Positions 1 through 9,347 are shown, counted from the stretch's first letter. The stretch is DNA of 50,783 nucleotides from Alphaproteobacteria bacterium (GCA_024279675.1 JAJRRG010000011.1:1-50783); one strand, 5' to 3'. The notes: a model not told the origin generated them from the letters alone. Translations and numbers: made by a program.

Positions 1-1
1 C

Positions 2-1021
2 GACTTGCGGGTTGGCAAGCCCCAGATACAATATTCTCTGTCGGAGGGTGCCAACGCGCTTGGTTTTACCTCGCAGGCGGTTGCCACTCAATTGCGCGCC
101 GGAATGCTGGGTGATATTGTTGATAATATTCAACTGGGCAATCAAAATATCGAAGTTATCGTTTCACAAACCGGCCCCGAAAGAGACAACCCCGATGGTC
201 TGGATCAAGCGTTGATAATTTCCCGCGAGGGCCAGGCGGTGCCCCTTGAGGTTTTAACCGATGCAAGTGAAACCCGCGATTGGGCAAAAATCACGCTGAT
301 TGATGGCGTGCGTACTATTTCGGTGCAGGCCAATGTTGATGCGGGTAAAGCAAACGCCGCCGCGTTGATGGGGGACCTAAAAGTAAATTGGATACCCCAG
401 TTTGAGGCAGAATACCCCGATCTTAAGCTTGAATTGCTGGGGCAAGTCGCAGCAACTGCCGAAACCGCCACTTCCATTGTTCGAGGTTTAGCAATTGGGA
501 TGCTGGGTGTTTTCCTCATCCTCTCCCTTCAATTCCGATCATATATCGAACCACTAATCGTTATGATTGCCATCCCCATGGCGCTCATCGGATCGATTTG
601 GGGGCATGTGTATATGGGTTATGATATTTCCATGCCCTCCCTGATCGGCGCCGCATCTTTGGCTGGTATTGTGGTGAACAACTCCATTCTCCTTATGCAA
701 TATATCAATAAATATCGACATCAGGGCTTGGACATTGCACGTGCCGCAGGGCAAGCCAGCCGCGCGCGCACCCGGCCAATTTTCATCTCAACAACCACAA
801 CGATTATGGGCATGTTGCCTCTACTGGCAGAAACCAGCGCCCAGGCCGCCTCCATAATTCCGCTGGTGATTTCACTGGTGTTTGGCCTTCTGGTGTCTAC
901 AACTTTAGTTCTGCTTGTTCTGCCCGCCCTTTATGTCATCTTGAATGATATTGGCGCCACAGGATTCAAACAGGAAAAGATTGGGATCGCCGAAGCCGCC
1001 TTGAAAAAGTACAGTGCTTAG
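2..1021 (+). CDS. RND-family (AcrB/CzcA-like) efflux transporter permease, C-terminal part; 5' end lies outside the window
   Basis: The frame is open from the window edge. The product is a multi-TM C-terminal half with RND-type segments (SLQFRSYIEPLIVMIAIPMALIGSIWGH, TRPIFISTTTTIMGMLPLL). The listed M at position 5 is a TTG inside an already open frame. Confidence 0.8.
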   Translation, partial: DLRVGKPQIQYSLSEGANALGFTSQAVATQLRAGMLGDIVDNIQLGNQNIEVIVSQTGPERDNPDGLDQALIISREGQAVPLEVLTDASETRDWAKITLIDGVRTISVQANVDAGKANAAALMGDLKVNWIPQFEAEYPDLKLELLGQVAATAETATSIVRGLAIGMLGVFLILSLQFRSYIEPLIVMIAIPMALIGSIWGHVYMGYDISMPSLIGAASLAGIVVNNSILLMQYINKYRHQGLDIARAAGQASRARTRPIFISTTTTIMGMLPLLAETSAQAASIIPLVISLVFGLLVSTTLVLLVLPALYVILNDIGATGFKQEKIGIAEAALKKYSA

Positions 1022-1080
1022 GGGCAGCCCCTAACTCAGCCGTGCAGTTATGTTCGCACGCAAAGCAAGATTTGGATGAA

Positions 1081-2046
1081 TTACAATTGAATTGAAACGA
1101 TCGACCGGTCATCAAAAAATTCGGTGCTCATTGAGCCTTTGACTGAGGGAAAATCATCCGTTTTATGGAAATCCTCTCGCTCAATATCCCGGTGCATTGC
1201 CTCCCAATCTGCAACACTTGTATTTTGGGGCAACCCCAAATAACCATCGCTAAAAACTTCAATGGTTTGAATTTGGGAAAGCTCAATTCTCTCATCAATC
1301 ACGTCAGCCATTGAAGGCTCCTGCCCATTTAGACTGCTATAACCCAAGGGATGATCGGCCAAGTTTGCAAACCGGTTTTGCGTCTTGATACCGCTGACAA
1401 GAAAGTCTTTGATGTCGTTCGCCATCCCGTATTCCATAAATTTGGATTGAACCAGACTAATCACTTCCGCGATATCATCCTTGGTCAAAATTCCATTTTT
1501 CAGGTCACTATTGCGCAAATTATCAAACCCCAGAAAAGCGGCTTGTCGTGCCAATTGCTCCAACACATCCCGATCCTCGAGCCGCTGTTTTAGAATGGAA
1601 AAAACAGCAATTCTGGAAGTCGCAGAAACATCATCAATCAGTTTTGCATGGCGATAGACCCTATCCCCATTAATCCGGATACCGCTGTCCCCAACACCAA
1701 TTAAGCGGATGGAATCGGGCAAGAATAAAATCAGCGACAGGGTCGTTGAGGGAGAACCAACAAACCCCATCTGCTTGATTCGTATCGCAAGTTCATCGCT
1801 GAGATGCCTAACAATCTCATCGGCGGAAAGCTTTGTATTTTGCCGATCCATAAAAAGTCGCGTACAAGCTTGAGCAATGGTTTCTGCGGCAAACTTACCC
1901 GGAGAAACACCGTTTTTCTGCTTGCCCAATGGGTCCGTCGCCCCATCCAGAACTGCCGCCATTACGCCAGGAACAAGAAGAACACAATCGTCCCCCGGCT
2001 CAGAGGTAGTTCGATATTTCGATTGTGTAAAGGCTTCAAAATTCAT
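1081..2046 (-). CDS. PP2C_2/SpoIIE-like protein phosphatase domain protein
   Basis: 321-aa ORF. GDDCVLLVPGVMAAVLDGATD, STTLSLIL...VGDSGIRING and VFSDGY resemble PP2C-type metal-binding motifs. It lies 48 nt downstream of the ABC permease on the same strand. Confidence 0.5.
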   Translation of the reverse strand: MNFEAFTQSKYRTTSEPGDDCVLLVPGVMAAVLDGATDPLGKQKNGVSPGKFAAETIAQACTRLFMDRQNTKLSADEIVRHLSDELAIRIKQMGFVGSPSTTLSLILFLPDSIRLIGVGDSGIRINGDRVYRHAKLIDDVSATSRIAVFSILKQRLEDRDVLEQLARQAAFLGFDNLRNSDLKNGILTKDDIAEVISLVQSKFMEYGMANDIKDFLVSGIKTQNRFANLADHPLGYSSLNGQEPSMADVIDERIELSQIQTIEVFSDGYLGLPQNTSVADWEAMHRDIEREDFHKTDDFPSVKGSMSTEFFDDRSIVSIQL

Positions 2047-2094
2047 AACTTATGTCCGCTTTATGTTAGGGCCACACCCTCTTGAAAAGAATAC

Positions 2095-3771
2095 TCAAAT
2101 AAACGAGGATTCCTTGTTTTCGGAGAACCGGAAAACCACATAGACGCATATCCCCGTGCTAAATAGCAGGATTGTGGACAGGGCAGCAGCTAGTCCAAAC
2201 TCCCCATCAAGCACTGAGATATATATTTTCACCGGCATCGTCACCGTCCCTGCAGTGTATAGAATAAGCGTGGATGACAATTCATTGATCGCCGTAATAA
2301 AGCTCATCAACGATCCAACAATCAGCCCCGGTAAAATAAGGGGCAATGTGACCTGAACAAAGGCCTTTAGTGGATTGGCCCCAAGGTTAACCGCCGCCTC
2401 TTCCATTGAGGGTTTAATCTGACGCAGGGCGGTGGTTGTGGAGCGCACCCCATAGGGCAGGCGTCGAATAAAATAGATCATAATGATGATTGTTGCGGTG
2501 CCCGTCAGGTCAAACCACCCGGTGCGAAATGTGGTAACGAAACCAATAGCCATAACGATACCCGGCACCAGATATGGCACCATCATCATCAGATCGATCC
2601 CACCGGAAAACGCATTGTCCCGACGAACGATCAAATAGGATATCAGGGAAGAAAAAATCGCAATAAACATCACGGCGATAAATGCAAACATAAAGCTGTT
2701 CAAAATCGCCTCAGGCGCATCCGACATCACCCGTGTGTAACTTTGCAAGCCAAACCCACCGATAAATACCGGACCACTTGTTTTAAGGAACGAGGTATAA
2801 ACAACCACCAATGTTGGCGCCATGGCAACGAACACAACAGCATAGCAGAACACATGAACGCCAATATTGCGCCACCCATGAAGCTGTTTCACCACCGGAG
2901 GATTGGTAAGTGAACTGGCATACCGACGCTTAGCCAAAATATGCCGTTGCGCCAACAGTGCCAGCATTGAAATGCCCATCATCACCAGCGAAATGGTCAC
3001 CGCCATGGTGGGCGTGCCCCCAAGTTCCGATGTATAGGCTGAATAGGCAATGGTGGAGAGAGTTCTAAACCCACGCCCCAAAATTGCCGGGGTGCCAAAG
3101 TCTGCAATCGAAAGCACAAAACAAATTATTGCCCCGGTGCTGATTGCAGGAAAAACCAACGGCAGGGTAATTTTGAAAAATCTCTGCCAAACGTTACATC
3201 CCAAATTTTCCGCCGCATCCTCAAAGGATTTATTCACCGCATTAAGCGCTGTTTGCGTCATGAGAAAAACGAACGGGAAAAACTTGAGCGTAAAGACCAA
3301 AATCACCCCATGCGCCCCATAGATCGTTGGTGTAATAATGCCAAAGCTGGCAAAGAAATTGGTGATGAAACCGTTCGAGCCAAACATCATGATCCATGCG
3401 TAAGCGCCAATAAACGGGGGCGCGACCAGAACCAATATCGCCATTGTTGAAATCAGCGCCTTACCGCGAATACGAAAACGTGCCGTAAAAAACGCAAGGG
3501 GCACGCCAATAAGCGTGGCACCCAAAGTCCCCATAAACCCGACAAAAATAGTGTTCTTAAATCCGGAGATGTAATAGTTTTTTGTAAACAGCCGAATATA
3601 ATTATCCAGGGTCAGTTCGCCAGTTTTTCCATCAAAAAAGCTGACCAAAAACACGCTAAAAATAGGCAAAATTAACAGGACAAACAATATCACGACCGTA
3701 GCAATGGTGACAAGAGTCCAAAAATCCATGCGCCGCAACGAACTCAGTGTATTGGAGACTGAAACACTCAT
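2095..3771 (-). CDS. ABC importer permease with two fused transmembrane modules (Fe3+/thiamine-type family)
   Basis: 558-aa polytopic membrane ORF with two repeats of the binding-protein-dependent permease signature region. Its start overlaps the ATPase stop (ATGA at 3768-3771). Confidence 0.85.
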   Translation of the reverse strand: MSVSVSNTLSSLRRMDFWTLVTIATVVILFVLLILPIFSVFLVSFFDGKTGELTLDNYIRLFTKNYYISGFKNTIFVGFMGTLGATLIGVPLAFFTARFRIRGKALISTMAILVLVAPPFIGAYAWIMMFGSNGFITNFFASFGIITPTIYGAHGVILVFTLKFFPFVFLMTQTALNAVNKSFEDAAENLGCNVWQRFFKITLPLVFPAISTGAIICFVLSIADFGTPAILGRGFRTLSTIAYSAYTSELGGTPTMAVTISLVMMGISMLALLAQRHILAKRRYASSLTNPPVVKQLHGWRNIGVHVFCYAVVFVAMAPTLVVVYTSFLKTSGPVFIGGFGLQSYTRVMSDAPEAILNSFMFAFIAVMFIAIFSSLISYLIVRRDNAFSGGIDLMMMVPYLVPGIVMAIGFVTTFRTGWFDLTGTATIIIMIYFIRRLPYGVRSTTTALRQIKPSMEEAAVNLGANPLKAFVQVTLPLILPGLIVGSLMSFITAINELSSTLILYTAGTVTMPVKIYISVLDGEFGLAAALSTILLFSTGICVYVVFRFSENKESSFI

Positions 3772-4868
3772 GACGAACGCAACCCATCTTCCAAGCGCAA
3801 CCCATTTTCATTGTCTTCAAATAGGATCACATCGGCTTTTGCAAAAATAAATTTAACGCGAGCACCAGCCTTTAACTCCAGCACATCTACATCGGGACGC
3901 GCAATAATTTTAAGGGTTTCGCCGGTATCGGTCGTGGCATGCACTTCCATTTCTCGACCAATGAAACTTATCTGATTAATCGCGCCAGGAACACTAACAT
4001 TGCCCTTTTTGAGTTTTTCCTCACCCAGTACAATCGAAATATTTTCAGGCCGGACAGCCGCAACAATTGGTGTTTGCGTCGCACTGACGGGTCCGAGCGA
4101 CGCCTCAGCACTTGGCAAATACGCCTCAGCGTCTTTCAACACAACTTTCAAGAAATTATTTCCCCCGACAAAGGAAGCAACAAACTTATTTGCCGGTTGA
4201 TTATAAAGTTCAAGCGGGCTGGCCGCTTGCTGGATTATACCATCATGCAACACGCAGACCACATCAGACATTGCCAATGCCTCTTCCTGATCGTGGGTCA
4301 CATAGACCGTGGTCATGCCCAAATCCTGTTGAATGCGGCGCAATTCAGCGCGCAAATCAACCCTTAGTTTTGCATCAAGGTTCGACAATGGTTCATCCAT
4401 CAACAACACGGTCGGATTAATCACAATGGCCCGTGCCAAACCAACCCGTTGCTGTTGTCCCCCGCTCAATTCATGGGGCATTCTCTCAGCAAACTCGCTT
4501 AACTGCACAGCTTCTAGAACATCGGCAACGCGGCTCTTGATATCAACGGCGGAAATCTTGCGTTGTTTTAAACCAAACGCCACATTATCAGAGACGCTCA
4601 AATGTGGAAAAACCGCATAATCTTGAAAGACCATGCCGACGCCTCGCTTATGGGCCGGGGCATTTTCTATCGATTTTCCATCGATATGGATTGTTCCCGC
4701 ATCTTGGAAATGAAACCCCGCGATGGTGCGCAATAATGTCGTTTTACCGCAACCACTGGGCCCCAAAAGGGTAAAAAACGCCCCGGACTCGATGGTTAGA
4801 GTAATGTCAGACAGTGCAACAACATTCCCATAAAGTTTTTTCAACCCGACAATTTCTACGGACGCCAT
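3768..4868 (-). CDS. ABC transporter ATP-binding protein (FbpC/PotA-like, with C-terminal regulatory/TOBE-like domain)
   Basis: Walker A GPSGCGKTT, signature LSGGQQQRV, Walker B LLMDEPLS, H-loop YVTHD. I prefer the ATG at 4868 (GAGGG Shine-Dalgarno upstream) over the longer ORF start at 4886, which has no SD. Confidence 0.9.
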   Translation of the reverse strand: MASVEIVGLKKLYGNVVALSDITLTIESGAFFTLLGPSGCGKTTLLRTIAGFHFQDAGTIHIDGKSIENAPAHKRGVGMVFQDYAVFPHLSVSDNVAFGLKQRKISAVDIKSRVADVLEAVQLSEFAERMPHELSGGQQQRVGLARAIVINPTVLLMDEPLSNLDAKLRVDLRAELRRIQQDLGMTTVYVTHDQEEALAMSDVVCVLHDGIIQQAASPLELYNQPANKFVASFVGGNNFLKVVLKDAEAYLPSAEASLGPVSATQTPIVAAVRPENISIVLGEEKLKKGNVSVPGAINQISFIGREMEVHATTDTGETLKIIARPDVDVLELKAGARVKFIFAKADVILFEDNENGLRLEDGLRSS

Positions 4869-4887
4869 GAAACCCTCAACTCGCATA

Positions 4888-4925
4888 AATATAAAAATAA
4901 AGGTGGCCGCAAAAATACGGCCACC
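4888..4925 (-). terminator. Intercistronic stem-loop with T-tract between the binding-protein gene and the ATPase gene (partial terminator or mRNA stabiliser)
   Basis: GGTGGCCG (4902-4909) pairs with CGGCCACC (4918-4925) across an 8-nt loop. On the minus-strand transcript the hairpin is followed by TTTATTTTTAT. Confidence 0.5.
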
Positions 4926-4938
4926 CGTTTATTGGTGT

Positions 4939-5922
4939 TTATTGCACGTCAAGTACAACTTCGCCCCAGGCTTCAACCAGGGTCGCACGATTGTTTGCTG
5001 CCCACTGGAAGTCATAGTCCACAGCTTTAATTTCGGTCAATGGCACCAGCAATTCATTTGATGCAACATCGGAACGAACCGGGCGACGCCCAAGACCAGC
5101 AACAACTTCTTGTGCTTCCTTGGTCAGGATAAAGTCGATAAAGGCTTTTCCTTCTTCAGGATTTGGTCCACCAGCAACGATTGCCATGGCATCAGGTGCC
5201 AACGCAGTTACTTCACTCGGATAAACGATAGTAACGGGTCCACCGCCTTGCTTATAACGCAACGCAGCATCTTCAAGTGTAATCCCAATGGGAAGTTCAC
5301 CATCATTGACGAAGCGCGGCACAGCACCTGAACTATCGGACAATACGAAATTGCCCAACATGCCCTTATAGACTTCCCAGCCAGCTTCTTCGCTACCAAA
5401 TGCCTGAAGAACCGTGGCAAACTGAATGAAAGCAGAGCCAGACTTATCAGCGCGAGCCGACGAAATCAGATCGTCATATTCAGGCTTGGCCAAATCTGCC
5501 CAACTCGTAGGCACAGCCAAACCATCAAGTTTGCCTTCGTTGACAATAAACGCCATCACAACAGCTGTGAACGGCGACCACATGTCACTTGTCACCAAAT
5601 CCGGCGCAATCATATCCGCATGCACTGATGTATAGGCTTCAAAAAGATCAACGTTAAAATCGATCACAGTGCCATCAACACTCCACAGAACATCGGCAAT
5701 GGGCCGAGCACTTTCTGCGGTCAGACGGTTCAATAATTCACCAGACCCGGCCTTAATGATTTCGACCTTGGTACCGGATTGTTCCTCGAACATGGGCACG
5801 AGGGCGTCAACGAAATTTTGCGGTGCGGCGGTGTAAACCGTAATCGTACCTTCTGCTAGCGCCACGCTGCTAACGAGACCTGCGGCCAACATAACGGCCA
5901 GCTTTTTCTTAAATGTAAGCAT
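4939..5922 (-). CDS. Periplasmic substrate-binding protein of the ABC importer (family-1 SBP, Fe3+/thiamine-like)
   Basis: 327 aa with an N-terminal signal peptide (MLTFKKKLAVMLAAGLVSSVALA). It is the first gene of the SBP-ATPase-permease operon. Confidence 0.8.
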   Translation of the reverse strand: MLTFKKKLAVMLAAGLVSSVALAEGTITVYTAAPQNFVDALVPMFEEQSGTKVEIIKAGSGELLNRLTAESARPIADVLWSVDGTVIDFNVDLFEAYTSVHADMIAPDLVTSDMWSPFTAVVMAFIVNEGKLDGLAVPTSWADLAKPEYDDLISSARADKSGSAFIQFATVLQAFGSEEAGWEVYKGMLGNFVLSDSSGAVPRFVNDGELPIGITLEDAALRYKQGGGPVTIVYPSEVTALAPDAMAIVAGGPNPEEGKAFIDFILTKEAQEVVAGLGRRPVRSDVASNELLVPLTEIKAVDYDFQWAANNRATLVEAWGEVVLDVQ

Positions 5923-5994
5923 TCTTTCCTCCTATTAATATTCTTGAATAGAGATTCTAGCTTGCGCCAGAAACGTGTAAATCAAAACCACATG

Positions 5995-6019
5995 ATTATA
6001 TTGCAGCGTGCAATATAAT
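5995..6019. promoter_or_regulatory. Perfect 11-3-11 palindrome in the divergent promoter region; candidate operator of the adjacent ROK regulator
   Basis: ATTATATTGCA-GCG-TGCAATATAAT lies between the ABC operon start (5922) and the ROK gene start (6082). Confidence 0.5.
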
Positions 6020-6081
6020 AAAGCAAGGTTTTTTTTGAAAAAATACTAGCCGGAAATCAAAACAGGTTTTAAGTTTCATAT

Positions 6082-7203
6082 ATGAGCAAAGACATTCTGC
6101 AAAAATTCAACGCACGGCGCATCATCGCACTCATCCGTACCCACGGCCCGCTCTCGCGTTTGCAATTAACCCAAATGCTGGGTGTTGCCCCCTCCACCGT
6201 AACCCGACTAGTCAACCAGATGATGGACATAAATCTGCTGACCGAATTCCCGAACCCCGAAAAACAGGGGCAAAAGGGTTTTCCCGCCAAATTATTACGC
6301 TTTGTTTCAGATAGCTTGGTTACAGCGGGTGTGTTCTTTGACCCGGATCGGATTTTTACCTGCATTGCAGATTTTGATGGAAATCCCCTGAGTGAAGAAG
6401 AAATACCCATTACCGAGCGCTCCTTTGAAGCCATCCTTAGTCAAGCCAGCCAAAGCATCAATAATCAAATCGAGGCCCTTAAGCTCAACTCCACACATAT
6501 CGTTGGATGTGGTGTTAGCTATCCGGGCCAGCACACCGAAGAGCCGGGCCGCAACCTTAAAACCAAACAATTTTCCAATTGGCCCAATGTCGATGTGCTG
6601 AACGATTTACAACCATTTTTTGATTTCCCCGTTTACCAGATCAACGATGCCAAGGCCGCCTGTCTTGGTGAAATGCTTTATGGCGCCTGCAAACCATACC
6701 AGAATTTTTGCTACATCTGGTTATCCTATGGAATAGGTGGTGCCGCCGTCATCGATCAAAATCTTTACCTCGGCAATAACTTAGCCGCCGCCGAATGGGG
6801 CGGACTTTTTCCAAAGTCCAAAATGCGCCCTTCTGGTCAACATTTTTTGGATACACTGCGCGCGTCAGGGCATGAATTAAAGCGCCTAGACAGCATCACT
6901 GACTGGCATTTAGAGCAACCCGAAGCCCGGCAATGGATTGATGAAGCCACACAAAGCCTACAATGGCTAAGCCTTGTTATCGCACGAACATTTGCCCCTG
7001 AAGCTATTGTATTTGGCGGTACCCTCAATGCAAGCCTGATTGATGAAATTCAAACCCGAATTGCATCCGCAAAACATCTGGGTGAAGACTTCTTAATTAG
7101 CCCACCGGACATATTGCGCGCAACGACAGATAATAAACCCCAATTAGGTGCCGCAGCCCTCGCCATTCACGAAATGCTTAGCCCATCCAAATTCACGCAA
7201 TAA
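6082..7203 (+). CDS. ROK-family transcriptional regulator (N-terminal wHTH plus sugar-kinase-like domain)
   Basis: N-terminal MarR-like HTH (ARRIIALIRTHGPLSRLQLTQMLGVAPSTVTRLVNQM). ROK body motifs are present (GCGVSYPG, INDAKAACLGE, YGIGGAAV). Confidence 0.8.
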   Translation: MSKDILQKFNARRIIALIRTHGPLSRLQLTQMLGVAPSTVTRLVNQMMDINLLTEFPNPEKQGQKGFPAKLLRFVSDSLVTAGVFFDPDRIFTCIADFDGNPLSEEEIPITERSFEAILSQASQSINNQIEALKLNSTHIVGCGVSYPGQHTEEPGRNLKTKQFSNWPNVDVLNDLQPFFDFPVYQINDAKAACLGEMLYGACKPYQNFCYIWLSYGIGGAAVIDQNLYLGNNLAAAEWGGLFPKSKMRPSGQHFLDTLRASGHELKRLDSITDWHLEQPEARQWIDEATQSLQWLSLVIARTFAPEAIVFGGTLNASLIDEIQTRIASAKHLGEDFLISPPDILRATTDNKPQLGAAALAIHEMLSPSKFTQ

Positions 7204-7230
7204 GTAAATTGCCGCGAGATTGGTAAAATT

Positions 7231-7261
7231 ATGGTGGTGGCGAGAGAAGAAACCTCGAACC
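7231..7261 (+). repeat. att-like imperfect direct repeat, copy 1 (ATGGTGG...GAAACCTCGAAC)
   Basis: This 31-mer matches 7385-7415 at 24 of 31 positions, aligned by eye. It begins with ATGGTGG, the complement of a tRNA CCACCAT 3' end. Confidence 0.5.
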
Positions 7262-7384
7262 AAAACCAAGCGACCGAAGAGGTTGCCGGTCAACATTTTA
7301 GACTTTACTGTCCACAAGAAAAGAGTGGTTTAGGTTCGCTGAACCTGCAAGCACACTGCATTTTAGCGCTAAGTCCTGGATTAA

Positions 7385-7415
7385 ATGGTGGACGTACGAG
7401 GAGAAACCTCGAACG
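7385..7415 (+). repeat. att-like imperfect direct repeat, copy 2; it overlaps the proposed left island junction
   Basis: ATGGTGGACGTACGAGGAGAAACCTCGAACG. Its first 7 nt are part of the 9-bp repeat AAATGGTGG (7383-7391), which is shared with 36700-36708. Confidence 0.5.
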
Positions 7416-7524
7416 CACTGTTTGATACTTTAGAGGAGTGGAATGACTACCTCAACAAAGAAAATATTGATCCGCTAAAACTGTCCCCAAACAAACCCCA
7501 CCTTCAAAATCGGGGGCCACGGCC

Positions 7525-7947
7525 ATGAGACAGCAGGAAACCAATACCAGTGCTAATTCTGTTGTCTCGCATGAACTTAGAGGGCAATCGCTACGTATTA
7601 CGCTTCGCCTGACAGAAAAAGAATTGGCAACACTCACAAACCTATCCAAGGGAATGTCCCGAAGTGCCTATATTCGGTACTGCATTTTTGGAAAAGATAC
7701 CGCGCCACGGAAAACACGGTTGCGCGTTCCTGTCGAGGATCAAAAAGCGTTAGCGCAGGTTCTTGGTTTATTGGGCCAAACCAAATTCTCCAACAACCTT
7801 AATCAGCTAGCATATCACGCAAACTGTGGATCACTTCTTATTGACGAACAAACCGAGGGTGAAATCAAAGTAGCTTGCGCCCACATCGCTTGGATGAGAG
7901 TAAAACTAATCGAAGCCCTTGGCTTAAAATTGGGTGGTGAGCAATGA
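7525..7947 (+). CDS. mobC: MobC-family mobilisation accessory protein (RHH-like)
   Basis: LRITLRLTEKELATL is RHH-like and NNLNQLAYHAN matches the MobC NLNQ-type motif. The stop overlaps the relaxase start (ATGA at 7944-7947). Confidence 0.75.
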   Translation: MRQQETNTSANSVVSHELRGQSLRITLRLTEKELATLTNLSKGMSRSAYIRYCIFGKDTAPRKTRLRVPVEDQKALAQVLGLLGQTKFSNNLNQLAYHANCGSLLIDEQTEGEIKVACAHIAWMRVKLIEALGLKLGGEQ

Positions 7948-9233
7948 TCTTGAAAGCGAGCCAACGTGGTGGCGGTTCTCAACTAGCTGTTCATTTACTT
8001 AAAACTGACGATAATGAACATGTTGAAATCCATGAGGTCAGCGGCTTTATGTCCGATACACCAATGGATGCATTCAAAGAAGCTCACGCGGTAAGTCGAG
8101 GCACAAAATGCTCACAATTTCTATTTTCATTAAGTCTTAGCCCACCAGAACAAGAAAAAGTTCCCATTAGCGTATTTGAGCAAGCTATCGCTGATATTGA
8201 AAAGAAAGTCGGATTGGTGGGGCAACCGCGCGTGATTGTCTTTCATGAGAAAGAAGGTCGCCGTCACGCCCATTGTGTCTGGTCGCGTATTGATGTCCAG
8301 AAAATGAAAGCAATCAACCTCCCCCACTTCAAGCTAAAATTACAAGATATTTCACGCCAACTTTACATTGATAATGATTGGCAAATGCCGCTGGGCTTAG
8401 TGAACAGCACAGAACGTAATCCTCTCAACTTCACTCAAGCTGAATGGCAACAAGCCAAACGCATTAAACAAGACCCACGTATTATCAAAAGAACATTTCA
8501 GGATTGTTGGGCAATTTCCGATTCACGCAAAGGCTTTGCCAATGCGCTTGAGGAACGAGGGTATTACCTTGCCAAAGGGGATCGCCGCGGATTTGTCGCC
8601 GTTGATTGGCGCGGTGAGGTTTACGCAGTCTCAAAATGGGTTGGAGTCAGAACCAAAGAGCTAAAAGCCAAACTCGGCAAATCTGACGCCCTGCTTTCAG
8701 TCACAAAAACCAAAGAGCGTTTAACCGGAAAATTCACTGATAAGCTAAAGCTATTTTCAGATGATGAATTGGCAAAACAGGAGAAGGCTTCATCCGTACA
8801 TGAGGCCAAACGAAAATCATTAGTTGCGGTACACCAACAGGTACGAGAACAACTGAAACAATCCCAATCCACCAGACACGAGCAAGAAACAAAAACTCGA
8901 TCTACGCGACTACCAACCGGCCTGAAAGCTCTTTGGTTTCGCGTTACCGGTAAATACAAGAAAATCAAAAAGCAGAATGAATCTGAAACATTGGTTTGCA
9001 AACTAAGAGATCGATCAGAACAGCAAAAACAAATTGATGTGCAACTATTAGAACGAAGGCAGCTACAGCGTGAAATTCGTCTTCTGCGCCATCATCATCA
9101 GGTCAGAGTCAAAAAGCTCAATCGTGAAATAAGTAATTATTTAAAGTTATCGCCTGCCAGTCAAAACGTTAAATTCGAAAATCAGGTTAAACTAAATATT
9201 CGAACTAAGCTCAAGAAACGGCTTTCAATTTAA
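7944..9233 (+). CDS. Relaxase/mobilisation nuclease (VirD2/MobA-type N-terminal domain plus coiled-coil tail)
   Basis: The N-terminus MILKASQRGGGSQLAVHLL and the histidine triad HEKEGRRHAHCVWSRI are typical of the relaxase family. The C-terminal half is basic and coiled-coil. Confidence 0.85.
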   Translation: MILKASQRGGGSQLAVHLLKTDDNEHVEIHEVSGFMSDTPMDAFKEAHAVSRGTKCSQFLFSLSLSPPEQEKVPISVFEQAIADIEKKVGLVGQPRVIVFHEKEGRRHAHCVWSRIDVQKMKAINLPHFKLKLQDISRQLYIDNDWQMPLGLVNSTERNPLNFTQAEWQQAKRIKQDPRIIKRTFQDCWAISDSRKGFANALEERGYYLAKGDRRGFVAVDWRGEVYAVSKWVGVRTKELKAKLGKSDALLSVTKTKERLTGKFTDKLKLFSDDELAKQEKASSVHEAKRKSLVAVHQQVREQLKQSQSTRHEQETKTRSTRLPTGLKALWFRVTGKYKKIKKQNESETLVCKLRDRSEQQKQIDVQLLERRQLQREIRLLRHHHQVRVKKLNREISNYLKLSPASQNVKFENQVKLNIRTKLKKRLSI

Positions 9234-9347
9234 TAAGGCCATCACTGGCATAAGTTTCTTTTCTTGGTGTAATAGAACTGAGAATCTGCTACCTATTATT
9301 CAATAATGGGAGTATTTTTTCTGTTTAACCTGAGATGAAAATACTAA

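Noticed and set aside
4869-4886. The longer start (MRVEGF...) for the ABC ATPase
   Set aside because: There is no SD upstream of 4886, and that start lies in the T-tract of the intercistronic hairpin. The ATG at 4868 has a GAGGG SD.
5923-6081. A possible TPP or other riboswitch in the leader of the Fe3+/thiamine-type ABC importer
   Set aside because: I could not find the conserved CTGAGA...ACCTGATCTGGATAATGCCAGCG-type core or any extended structure. The region is dominated by the palindromic operator and AT-rich promoter sequence.
7231-7425. The 64-aa ORF, and the possibility that the TGGTGG-initiated segments are tRNA 3' halves or pieces of a two-piece tmRNA gene
   Set aside because: The ORF is just a translation across the two att-like repeats. 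In reverse complement the segments end in CCACCA, but the putative T-stems and acceptor strands do not pair (5-nt loop or no stem). There are two CCA ends instead of one. No ANDN...LAA-type tag frame is present.
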